The translations under genes and the position numbers were made by a program. Source: an uncultured Bacilli bacterium (GTDB lineage Bacteria; Bacillota_I; Bacilli_A; RF39; UBA660). From it: 64,000 bases of DNA. The notes below the pieces were generated by a model. The model searched no databases. It was not told the DNA's origin and saw only the letters and a program-made list of their open reading frames with translations. Below, piece after piece: positions 8,900 through 17,530 of the stretch (position 1 is its first letter; the number at the start of each line of letters is the position of its first letter). Location: contig CALVSW010000002.1 in NCBI GenBank assembly GCA_944359625.1, positions 36,332 through 100,331 of the forward strand, given 5' to 3'.

Positions 8900-9880
8900 A
8901 TGAAAAAATATCAATATATCATCTTTTTCTTAAGTATACTTCTTTTTCCTACTTTCGTATTTGCTTATTCTGATAAAGTAATACTAGGTGGTCAAAATGT
9001 TGGTATAGAAATAAATACTAAAGGAGTATTAGTAGCTGGTTTTTATAAAGTTAATGGTGTTTATAATGCTAGTAGATTACTAATTGGTGATTATATTACT
9101 AAAGTAAATGATAAAGAAGTAAATACTATTAATGAATTAGTTAAAGAAATAGAAAATAATGTTATCGATAATAAAATAACTATTAGTTATCGTCGTGACA
9201 ATGTAGATTATACTACTATCCTTGATTTAGAATATAAAGATGGCGTACATAAAACAGGTTTATATGTTAAAGATACATTATTAGGTAATGGTACGATTAC
9301 TTATATAGATCCTGAAAGTAAGATATATGGCGCTTTAGGACATAACGTAGTTGAATCTATTACAAATGATAGAATAGAATTAAGAACAGGTAATATTTTT
9401 AAAAGTAGTATAAGTAGTATAACTAAGAGTAGTGATGGTAATCCCGGAAGTATCAATACTAAATTTTATCGTAATTATATTTATGGAAATATTAAAAGTA
9501 ATAGTTTAGTAGGTATATATGGTAATTATGTAGAAGAAATACCTAGTGATACTTTAATTGAAATAGCTAAAATTGATGAAGTAAATTTAGGTAAAGCTAA
9601 AATATACACTACTTTAGCTAATAATGAAATAAAATCATATGATATAAATATATTAAAAATAGATAAAAGTAGTGATATAAAAAATTTCTATTTTGAAGTA
9701 ATAGATAAAGAATTATTAAATAAATCAGGAGGAATAGTCCAGGGTATGAGTGGTTCGCCAATTGTACAAAATAATAAATTAATTGGAGCAGTTACTCATG
9801 TTACTATAGATAATGTAAAAACAGGTTATGGTGTTAGTATTATAACAATGTTAGAGACTGGTGATAAAGAAATAAACTAG
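8900..9880 (+). CDS. spoIVB: SpoIVB peptidase (S55), sporulation signalling protease
   Basis: Signal anchor, PDZ-like region (LIGDYITKVNDKEV), GTITYIDPESKIYGALGH and catalytic-Ser context GGIVQGMSGSPIV. ATG at 8900 preferred. Confidence 0.85.
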   Translation: MKKYQYIIFFLSILLFPTFVFAYSDKVILGGQNVGIEINTKGVLVAGFYKVNGVYNASRLLIGDYITKVNDKEVNTINELVKEIENNVIDNKITISYRRDNVDYTTILDLEYKDGVHKTGLYVKDTLLGNGTITYIDPESKIYGALGHNVVESITNDRIELRTGNIFKSSISSITKSSDGNPGSINTKFYRNYIYGNIKSNSLVGIYGNYVEEIPSDTLIEIAKIDEVNLGKAKIYTTLANNEIKSYDINILKIDKSSDIKNFYFEVIDKELLNKSGGIVQGMSGSPIVQNNKLIGAVTHVTIDNVKTGYGVSIITMLETGDKEIN

Positions 9881-9932
9881 TCTTTTTTTATGTAACAAGT
9901 TAAATATATATAAAAAATATTATAGGGATAGT

Positions 9933-10196
9933 ATGGAAAATTTTTTAACTTGGGATATCTTAACTACATATGCTAGTTTTATATCAATTGTTTTTATGAT
10001 AGTAGAATTTATAAAAGATATTAAATTTATAAATAAAATTCCTACAAAGTATCTAAGTTTTACAATAGCATTTATTTTAATAATTATAACTAACTTCGTT
10101 ATGAATACTTTTAAATATATCGATTTAGTATTATATTTCTTATCATCAATATCTATAAGTTTAGGTACGATTGGATTAAGTAAATTTGATAAATAA
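9933..10196 (+). CDS. Small membrane protein (holin-like topology)
   Basis: 87 aa with two or three hydrophobic segments; AGGGA RBS upstream. Function not established. Confidence 0.45.
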   Translation: MENFLTWDILTTYASFISIVFMIVEFIKDIKFINKIPTKYLSFTIAFILIIITNFVMNTFKYIDLVLYFLSSISISLGTIGLSKFDK

Positions 10197-10234
10197 TTAT
10201 TTGCCACCGGATATATGAATCGCTTAACTAATAA

Positions 10235-10432
10235 TACCCAAATGGCTATTATTGGTCCATGTCGCCGTCCTTTTTCGACGTTGGCACCTCTTCTGCTTAT
10301 GGGGTCCATCAGGACGCGACTGGCCTTGCTTACGGATACCTCTGGGTGACCGGCGGCCTTGGCTTGCGTCCGGTAATCAATCTGCAATCGATTGCTCCTA
10401 AAATAATTAATTTAATTAGCAGATTTCGTTGA
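10235..10432 (+). pseudogene. Start-less 3' fragment of a C-type-lectin-fold (DUF1566/FGE-like) variable-protein gene; candidate decayed DGR variable region
   Basis: Open frame YPNGYYWSMSPSFFDVGTSSAYGVHQDATGLAYGYLWVTGGLGLRPVINLQSIAPKIINLISRFR*. The GC-rich core 10253-10375 has only 13 A in 123 nt on the + strand. A 12-nt palindrome GCAATCGATTGC lies at 10384-10395. Confidence 0.5.
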
Positions 10433-10474
10433 CATATAAGTAAAATTAATATTTAATAGTGATTAGGAGTTTTT

Positions 10475-11188
10475 ATGGAAGAAGTAATATATAAAAATAC
10501 ATTAGAATTAATAAAAAAAGAAAAAGAAAGATATAATCGATTATTAAAGTATTTAGAAAGTGCTTATTGTGCTAAAAGTATAGATGAAAATTTAAGATAT
10601 TTAATAAATTTAAAAGATGGGGAATTTACTTCTAGAATAAATTTAAGTAAAACAGAGTTTATTTTAAAATCATATCAACTAGATAAAGACGTATTATTGT
10701 ATGATTACTTAGCTAAATTTTTAGCAAGTAATGAGTTTTATCGTGCTTTAGTTTTAACTAGTAAAAATGTTACAGTTAATAATAGTAATTTTAGTTTATT
10801 AGATAATAAAGTAGATATTAGCTTAAAGCCATGTATTATTAAAGAAATGTTAACAGAAGGGTTTATTAATTCATTATTTGCTGATAATAACTGGACTGGT
10901 AGCCCTTTTATTGTGTATGGAAGTAATAATTTTGAAACTGGTGGTTTTAACACTTTAAATAGTTATGTTGAATATCATGCTCAATCAGGAAAATGTATTT
11001 GTAGAATGAATTTTGATTATAATACTCAATGTATAATTATGTCTGAAGATGGTAATGCGTATAATAAAGTTATAGAAGATTGGATTAATTTAAATTTAGA
11101 AAGTACAGATGATCCAACGATGTTAGTTAAAATGGCAGGGTATTATAATTCAGTAGAAAAATTAAAAAGTTTAGTTCGTAAATTATAG
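10475..11188 (+). CDS. Hypothetical protein
   Basis: 237-aa ORF with RBS AGGAG. TTGACA-17-TTTAAT promoter-like element at 10429-10457. Confidence 0.6.
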   Translation: MEEVIYKNTLELIKKEKERYNRLLKYLESAYCAKSIDENLRYLINLKDGEFTSRINLSKTEFILKSYQLDKDVLLYDYLAKFLASNEFYRALVLTSKNVTVNNSNFSLLDNKVDISLKPCIIKEMLTEGFINSLFADNNWTGSPFIVYGSNNFETGGFNTLNSYVEYHAQSGKCICRMNFDYNTQCIIMSEDGNAYNKVIEDWINLNLESTDDPTMLVKMAGYYNSVEKLKSLVRKL

Positions 11189-11243
11189 TTGTAGATTATT
11201 CAACTAATAAATGATATAATCTACTAGTAAAAAGGAGTAGAAA

Positions 11244-11867
11244 ATGCAAGAGTTTATTTTAAGTTTTATGGAACAATTTGGATATTTAGGAGTATTTTTA
11301 TTAATTACTATTGAAAATGTATTTCCACCAATACCATCTGAGGTTATATTATTATTTGGTGGCTTTATGACTACTTATACTAAATTAAATATTGCAATTA
11401 TGGCTATATCAGCTACATTAGGCTCTGTTCTTGGCGCTATTATTTTATATTATATTGGTAAAATATTTAATAAAGAACGTTTAAAAAAGATTATATCTGG
11501 TAAATTAGGGAAGATATTAAGACTTAAAAATTCGGATATTGATGCAGCAGATCGTTGGTTTGATACTCGTGGTCAAAAAACAGTATTCTTATGTCGTTTT
11601 GTTCCGATAGTGCGTAGTTTAATTAGTATTCCAGCAGGAATGAGTGAAATGCCTTTAGGTAAATTTTTACTTTATACAACAGCTGGATCATTAATTTGGA
11701 ATGTCGTTTTAATTATTATTGGGTCAATCGTAGGTAATAATTGGTCAAGTATTTTAAATGTTTTTGATACATACCAAAATATTGTTATTGTAATTCTTGG
11801 GGTTATCTTTATTGGCTTTGTATTTTGGTTCTATAAAATTAAGAGTAAAAATAAAAGTAAAAATTAA
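11244..11867 (+). CDS. DedA family membrane protein
   Basis: GYLGVFLLITIENVFPPIPSEVIL and FVPIVRSLISIPAGM motifs. Extended -10 TGATATAAT at 11212-11220. Confidence 0.85.
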   Translation: MQEFILSFMEQFGYLGVFLLITIENVFPPIPSEVILLFGGFMTTYTKLNIAIMAISATLGSVLGAIILYYIGKIFNKERLKKIISGKLGKILRLKNSDIDAADRWFDTRGQKTVFLCRFVPIVRSLISIPAGMSEMPLGKFLLYTTAGSLIWNVVLIIIGSIVGNNWSSILNVFDTYQNIVIVILGVIFIGFVFWFYKIKSKNKSKN

Positions 11868-11898
11868 TAGTTCTCGATAATTTGGAGAACTATTTTTA
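11868..11898. terminator. Bidirectional terminator between convergent genes
   Basis: TAGTTCTC-GATAATTTG-GAGAACTA hairpin, A-rich on the 5' side and T-rich on the 3' side. Confidence 0.75.
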
Positions 11899-12438
11899 TT
11901 CTAAAGATAATTTTCTTTTTTTATAATTATTACTATTTTTAATAATTTCCTTTAAAGATGTTATATCGATATTAGATGTTCCTTCTACTTTTATAATATT
12001 TATATCTTTATCATCTTCATAATATATTATAAGATCTTGATAATAATATTGCTTAGCATTTAATAATTTTATATTATGAATTAAATTTATTATTAAAGCA
12101 TAAAAGCTATTATTAAAATTTAAATAACTTTCTAATTCTTTTTTAGACATTTTCGTAATTACATTATTTTCTTTTAATAATTTAATAATAAAATCATCCG
12201 GATAATAATAATCTTTATATTCTATAAGAGAATACATAATATTTAGTAAAGGAATAAAACATAGTAAAAATGATTTATCAACTATTCCATAATTATCTTT
12301 ATATTTTTTAAAACTTCTAAAATCTATTTTATAACCTTGATTACTAATATCTTTTATTTCTTTTAAAAATTTACTATTATCGATAGATATACTTGTTAAA
12401 ATAGAGCTAAACCAGATAATAAAAAAATTTGTATCCAT
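11896..12438 (-). CDS. Hypothetical protein
   Basis: 180-aa ORF with GGGGGG RBS-like sequence upstream on the minus strand. No recognised motif. Confidence 0.55.
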   Translation of the reverse strand: MDTNFFIIWFSSILTSISIDNSKFLKEIKDISNQGYKIDFRSFKKYKDNYGIVDKSFLLCFIPLLNIMYSLIEYKDYYYPDDFIIKLLKENNVITKMSKKELESYLNFNNSFYALIINLIHNIKLLNAKQYYYQDLIIYYEDDKDINIIKVEGTSNIDITSLKEIIKNSNNYKKRKLSLE

Positions 12439-12578
12439 TATTATCCCCCCTTTAAAGATAATTTATTTATAATTTAAAAAAATGTTAATTTTACTTATTC
12501 TAGCATAAAATGATTTAATTATAAATGAATTATTTTTTAATATTTGATATAATACCATTTGAAGAAGGGAACATAAAT

Positions 12579-14375
12579 ATGAAACAACAAAATATCCGTA
12601 ACTTTTCAATTATTGCCCATATAGATCATGGTAAAAGTACTTTAGCTGATCGTATTTTAGAAATTACTGGTGCTATAAATCCTCGCCAAATGAAAGATCA
12701 AGTTTTAGATAGCATGGATTTAGAAAGAGAAAGAGGTATTACGATTAAGTTAAATGCTGTTCAACTACATTATAATTATCATGGTGAAGAATATACATTA
12801 CATTTAATAGATACTCCGGGACATGTTGATTTTTCTTATGAAGTATCCCGTAGTTTGGCAGCTTGTGAAGGAGCTATTTTAGTAGTAGATGCTGCTCAAG
12901 GTATTGAGGCGCAAACTTTAGCTAATTTATTTTTAGCTATGAATGATAATTTAGTTATAATTCCGGTTATTAATAAAATTGATTTACCTAATGCTAATAT
13001 TCCTAAGGTTAAAGAAGAATTAATAAGAGTATTAGGATTTAAAGAAGAAGAAATCCTTCTTTGTTCTGGAAAAACTGGAGTAGGTGTTAAAGAATTAATT
13101 GAAGCTGTAATTGATAGGATACCAGCTCCTAAAATAAATAATGATGCTCCTACAAGAGCTTTAATTTTTGATAGTGCTTTTGATGCTTATCGTGGCGTTA
13201 TTGCTCATATTCGTTTAGTTGATGGAACGATACGCCTTAAAGATAAGATTAAAATGATGGCTAGTAATGCTGTTTATGAAGTAGTTGAATTAGGAGTAAA
13301 TACTCCAGCTGAAGTCAAAAGGGATGTTTTAGTATCAGGAGAAGTAGGATATTTAACGGGTGCTATTAAAGATATTACAACTGTAGAAGTAGGTGATACG
13401 ATAACTTTAGAAAGTAATCCAGCTTTAACTCCTTTAGCAGGTTATAAACCGATGAAATCAATGGTTTATTCTGGTGTCTTTCCTGTAGAACCTAATAAAT
13501 TCCCTGCATTAAGAGAAGCTTTAGAAAAATTAAAATTAAGTGATGCTTCTTTAACTTTTGAACCAGAAACCTCTTTAGCATTGGGATTTGGGTTTCGTTG
13601 TGGTTTTCTTGGTTTATTACATATGGATATTATTATCGAAAGAATATCCCGTGAGTTTGATATTGAAGTAATTGTAACATCACCATCAGTAATTTATGAA
13701 GTTAAATTAACAACTGGTGAAGAAGTATTAGTTGATTCTCCTAATAAAATGCCTGATAGAACAATGATTTCTAGTATTAAAGAACCTTATATAAAAACAA
13801 GTATTTTTGTACCAAGTGAATATATCGGCGCTATTATGGAATTATGTCAAGCTAAAAGAGGCGATTATATTGGTATTGAATACATTGATGCTACCCGTGT
13901 TAATATTCATTACTATCTACCTTTATCAGAAATAGTATATGACTTTTTTGATAAATTAAAAAGTTCGACAAAAGGTTATGCTTCTTTTGATTATGAATTA
14001 GCTGGATATCGTGAAAGTGATTTAGTAAAAATGGATATTTTAATAAATGGCGAAGTTGTTGATGCTTTAAGTTTAATTGTTCATAAAGATTTTGCTTATG
14101 AAAGAGGCAAACATATAGTAGAAAATTTAAAAGAAATAATACCTCGTCAATTATTTCAAGTTCCTATTCAAGCAAGTATTGGTTCTAAAGTAATTGCCCG
14201 TGAAAATATAAGTGCTATGCGTAAAAATGTTTTAGCAAAGTGTTATGGTGGGGATATTTCACGTAAACGTAAATTATTAGAAAAGCAAAAAGAAGGTAAG
14301 AAACGAATGAAAATGGTTGGTAGAGTAGAAATACCTCAAGAAGCCTTCTTAGCTGTTTTAAAATCTGATAAATAA
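12579..14375 (+). CDS. lepA: Translation elongation factor 4 (LepA)
   Basis: [34 protein letters not shown] and a conserved C-terminal LepA region. ATG at 12579 follows GAAGAAGGGA; the 5' extension in the ORF track is unlikely. Confidence 0.95.
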   Translation: MKQQNIRNFSIIAHIDHGKSTLADRILEITGAINPRQMKDQVLDSMDLERERGITIKLNAVQLHYNYHGEEYTLHLIDTPGHVDFSYEVSRSLAACEGAILVVDAAQGIEAQTLANLFLAMNDNLVIIPVINKIDLPNANIPKVKEELIRVLGFKEEEILLCSGKTGVGVKELIEAVIDRIPAPKINNDAPTRALIFDSAFDAYRGVIAHIRLVDGTIRLKDKIKMMASNAVYEVVELGVNTPAEVKRDVLVSGEVGYLTGAIKDITTVEVGDTITLESNPALTPLAGYKPMKSMVYSGVFPVEPNKFPALREALEKLKLSDASLTFEPETSLALGFGFRCGFLGLLHMDIIIERISREFDIEVIVTSPSVIYEVKLTTGEEVLVDSPNKMPDRTMISSIKEPYIKTSIFVPSEYIGAIMELCQAKRGDYIGIEYIDATRVNIHYYLPLSEIVYDFFDKLKSSTKGYASFDYELAGYRESDLVKMDILINGEVVDALSLIVHKDFAYERGKHIVENLKEIIPRQLFQVPIQASIGSKVIARENISAMRKNVLAKCYGGDISRKRKLLEKQKEGKKRMKMVGRVEIPQEAFLAVLKSDK

Positions 14376-14393
14376 TTATAATATGGGGGTTTT

Positions 14394-14498
14394 ATGAAAA
14401 AAATAGAATTAATTAGAAGATTATATTTTTCTAGTATCATATTTTTATTATTATTAATATTTTTGTTAATTATTTACTTATCTAGCGTTAGTTTATAA
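14394..14498 (+). CDS. Candidate 34-aa hydrophobic micropeptide
   Basis: ATG 5 nt after TGGGGG. Sequence MKKIELIRRLYFSSIIFLLLLIFLLIIYLSSVSL* has a single TM-like segment. Too short to be in the ORF track. Confidence 0.3.
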   Translation: MKKIELIRRLYFSSIIFLLLLIFLLIIYLSSVSL

Positions 14499-14559
14499 GA
14501 TATAAATTGTCAATTTAGTTTTTATGAGTTAAAATATCATTAGAGGGTAGTTGTTATTT

Positions 14560-15768
14560 ATGATATTAAAAAACTATAAAAAAATAATAAAAATATCTTT
14601 TTTACTTAGTTTAGTAATTATTTTAGTTATAATTCTTTCATGGTCAATTTTAAAAAAATCTAAAGCTGTAAAGCAAACTTCTTATGATTATCCTAAGATA
14701 ACTTTAACTGGTGATGAGGTTATTAATTTATGTAATTTAAATGATTATGTTGAAGCAGGATATAATGCCTATGATTCTTTAGATGGTGATTTAACTAGTA
14801 GTGTTAAAGTAACTAAAACTAATCATTTTATTTATTATGAAGTAACAAATTCTCATGGTCTTAAATATGGAACTGGGCGTATAATTAAGATATTAGATGA
14901 TGAAGCACCTAGTATTAAATTAAATGGAAATTCTTTAATAAATTTAAATGTCAATGAAGAGTTTAATGATCCTGGCGTAACCGTTAGTGATAATTGTACA
15001 AAAGATGTACAAGTTAATGTTAGTAGTAATCTTGATATAACAACTCCTGGTAGTTATACGATAACTTATGAAGCTGTTGATGAACATGGTAATAAAGCTA
15101 GCATTAATAGAGATATTATTGTTAATAAAGAAGATACAAAAGTAGGAGTCATTTATTTAACATTTGATGATGGACCATCTGCTAATACTAGTAAAATATT
15201 AGATATCTTAAATAAATATAATATTAAAGCAACTTTTTTCCTTACTAATTCTGGTAATGATAATCTAATTTTACGTGAATATGAAGAAGGACATACTCTA
15301 GGATTACATACGGCTACGCATAAATGGGAAATATATTCTAGTATTGATTCTTATTTTAATGATTTAAATATTGTTTATAATCGTGTTAAAAATTTAACTG
15401 GAGTTGAATCAAAATATATTCGCTTTCCTGGTGGTAGTTCTAATACTGTTAGTCGTAAGTATCAAACGGGTATTATGAGTACTTTAACTAAAGAAGTAGA
15501 AAATAGAGGATTTAGTTACTTTGATTGGAATGTTGATGTCGAAGATGCGGGATCATGTGCTTATAAAAAGGATAAAGAAGCTTGTGTTTTAAATAATTTT
15601 AAAAAGGAATTATCTAAAAATAGAATAAATATGGTTCTTCTTCATGATATTAAAAGTTATACTGCTAATGCTTTAGAAGATATGATAAAGTATGCTTTAA
15701 ATAATAATTATGTATTTAAAAAAATTGATGATACAACTCCTACTATTCATCAACATATAAATAATTAA
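14560..15768 (+). CDS. Polysaccharide deacetylase (NodB/PdaA-like) with N-terminal anchor and Ig-like (DUF5011-type) domains
   Basis: YLTFDDGPS...KATFF, HTATH and LHD motifs of CE4 deacetylases. Start uncertain (TTG 14551 or ATG 14560). Confidence 0.85.
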   Translation: MILKNYKKIIKISFLLSLVIILVIILSWSILKKSKAVKQTSYDYPKITLTGDEVINLCNLNDYVEAGYNAYDSLDGDLTSSVKVTKTNHFIYYEVTNSHGLKYGTGRIIKILDDEAPSIKLNGNSLINLNVNEEFNDPGVTVSDNCTKDVQVNVSSNLDITTPGSYTITYEAVDEHGNKASINRDIIVNKEDTKVGVIYLTFDDGPSANTSKILDILNKYNIKATFFLTNSGNDNLILREYEEGHTLGLHTATHKWEIYSSIDSYFNDLNIVYNRVKNLTGVESKYIRFPGGSSNTVSRKYQTGIMSTLTKEVENRGFSYFDWNVDVEDAGSCAYKKDKEACVLNNFKKELSKNRINMVLLHDIKSYTANALEDMIKYALNNNYVFKKIDDTTPTIHQHINN

Positions 15769-15781
15769 AGGTGTGATAATT

Positions 15782-16864
15782 ATGCATTCGATTTATATTC
15801 ATATTCCGTTTTGTAACTCTATTTGTTCTTATTGTGATTTTTGTAAAGTTTTATATAATAAAGAATGGGTTAATAAATATTTAATATGTTTAGAAGAAGA
15901 AATTAAAAATCGTTATGATAATGAGTTAACAAATACTATATATATTGGAGGAGGTACTCCTTCTTCTTTAGATATAGAATCTTTAAAAAAATTAATGGAT
16001 ATCTGTAAAATATTTAATATTAGTGATAAATATGAATTTACTTTTGAATGTAATATAAATGATATAACGGAAGAAAAATTAGAAATTTTAAAAAAGAATG
16101 GCGTTAATCGTTTAAGTATTGGAATCGAATCATTTGATAAGAAGAAATTAAAATTTATGGAACGTTCTTCTAATTATGAAGAAGTATTAGAAAAAATAAA
16201 TTTATGTCGTAATTTAGATTTTAATAATATTAATGTTGATTTAATATATGGCATTCCGGGAGAAAATTTACATACTTTAAAAAATGATTTAAAGAAAATG
16301 CTTACTTTAGATGTAGAACATATTAGCACTTATTCTTTAATGGTTGAAGATAATACTAAAATTGGAATTAAAGGTATTAAACCTATTAGAGAAGAATTAG
16401 ATAGTAAGATGTATAAATATATTGTTAAATTTTTAACTAATAATGGGTACGAACATTATGAAGTATCTAATTTTTGTAAACCTGATAAATATTCTCGCCA
16501 TAATTTAAATTATTGGCAAAATAAAGAATATTTTGGCTTTGGTTGTGGAGCTTCAGGTTATATTGGTAATGTAAGATATACTAATACTTTAAGTATTAGT
16601 AAATATTTAAATAAAGATATAAAAAATATGGAAGAATTATTAAGTTTAAAAGATGTAATGGATAATGAAATAATGTTAGGATTACGTTTAACAAAAGGTA
16701 TTAATTTACAAGAGTTTTTTAATAAGTATGAAGTAAATCTTCAAGAAGTATATAATATAAAACCTTTATTAAAGAATAAAGAATTAATATATAAAGATGG
16801 TAATATTTTTATTAATCCTAAATATATATATGTAATGAATGAAATTTTAATAAAAATAATTTAA
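15782..16864 (+). CDS. hemW: Radical SAM heme chaperone HemW (HemN-like)
   Basis: IYIHIPFCNSICSYCDF (CxxxCxxC), IGGGTPS, and a HemN_C-like tail. ATG at 15782 after AAGGTG. Confidence 0.85.
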   Translation: MHSIYIHIPFCNSICSYCDFCKVLYNKEWVNKYLICLEEEIKNRYDNELTNTIYIGGGTPSSLDIESLKKLMDICKIFNISDKYEFTFECNINDITEEKLEILKKNGVNRLSIGIESFDKKKLKFMERSSNYEEVLEKINLCRNLDFNNINVDLIYGIPGENLHTLKNDLKKMLTLDVEHISTYSLMVEDNTKIGIKGIKPIREELDSKMYKYIVKFLTNNGYEHYEVSNFCKPDKYSRHNLNYWQNKEYFGFGCGASGYIGNVRYTNTLSISKYLNKDIKNMEELLSLKDVMDNEIMLGLRLTKGINLQEFFNKYEVNLQEVYNIKPLLKNKELIYKDGNIFINPKYIYVMNEILIKII

Positions 16865-16892
16865 TAAACATAATATTTTATTAGGTGATAAA

Positions 16893-17492
16893 ATGTTTAT
16901 AGCCCATCGTGGTAAAGTAAGTGTAAATAGTAAAGAAAATACAATTGAGGCTTTTAAAGATGCTATTAATGATAAAAAATATCAAGGTTTTGAATTAGAT
17001 ATTAGACAAAGTTTAGATAATAAAATAGTAGTAGTGCATGATATGTTTATTGGTACTAATTTAATTAATAAAACTAATTATAGTGATTTAAAAAAATATG
17101 CTATTCCTTTATTAAGTGATGTATTAAGTTTAGATACTAAGAAAAAAATATTAATTGAAATAAAAGATTTTAATATGGATTTAGATAATTTAATTAATAT
17201 TATAAATAAGTATCAAGAAAAGAATTTATATATAATGAGTTTTAATAATAAAGTGATTAATGAATTAATTAAAAGAAAAGTTAATGCTAAGTGTGGCATA
17301 TTACATTATATATTTAATCGTGAGTTATCTTACAATGAATATGATTTTATTTGTATTTTAAATGATTTTTTAACTGATAATATAATTGATTATTTTCAAA
17401 GAAGAAATATTGAAGTATTTAGTTATGGAATAAGAGGTAATTATATCGAACAGCAAGATAACGTTTATTATATTATTGATAATAAAAGTTAA
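16893..17492 (+). CDS. Glycerophosphodiester phosphodiesterase family protein
   Basis: N-terminal FIAHRG, ENT..AF and ELDIR motifs of the GDPD family. Confidence 0.7.
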   Translation: MFIAHRGKVSVNSKENTIEAFKDAINDKKYQGFELDIRQSLDNKIVVVHDMFIGTNLINKTNYSDLKKYAIPLLSDVLSLDTKKKILIEIKDFNMDLDNLINIINKYQEKNLYIMSFNNKVINELIKRKVNAKCGILHYIFNRELSYNEYDFICILNDFLTDNIIDYFQRRNIEVFSYGIRGNYIEQQDNVYYIIDNKS

Positions 17493-17530
17493 AAATGTTA
17501 AAATACTAATAGAAAATAAAGAGGTGTATT

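Noticed and set aside
9920-10387. 155-aa minus-strand ORF from the track.
   Set aside because: It is antisense to a better small membrane ORF, and its N-terminal part is simply the reverse translation of the GC-rich island. The sequence is implausible and low-complexity, with no RBS.
10200-10395. GC-rich island read as a structured ncRNA or riboswitch on the minus strand. Local helices such as GGACGC/GCGTCC, and partial resemblances to c-di-GMP-I, SRP and S-box fragments, suggested this.
   Set aside because: No full consensus of any riboswitch or ncRNA class that I could recall fits. There is no gene downstream on the minus strand. The + strand shows strong adenine depletion and an open, lectin-fold-like reading frame. 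A DGR VR remnant explains the composition better. An Rfam scan is still advisable.
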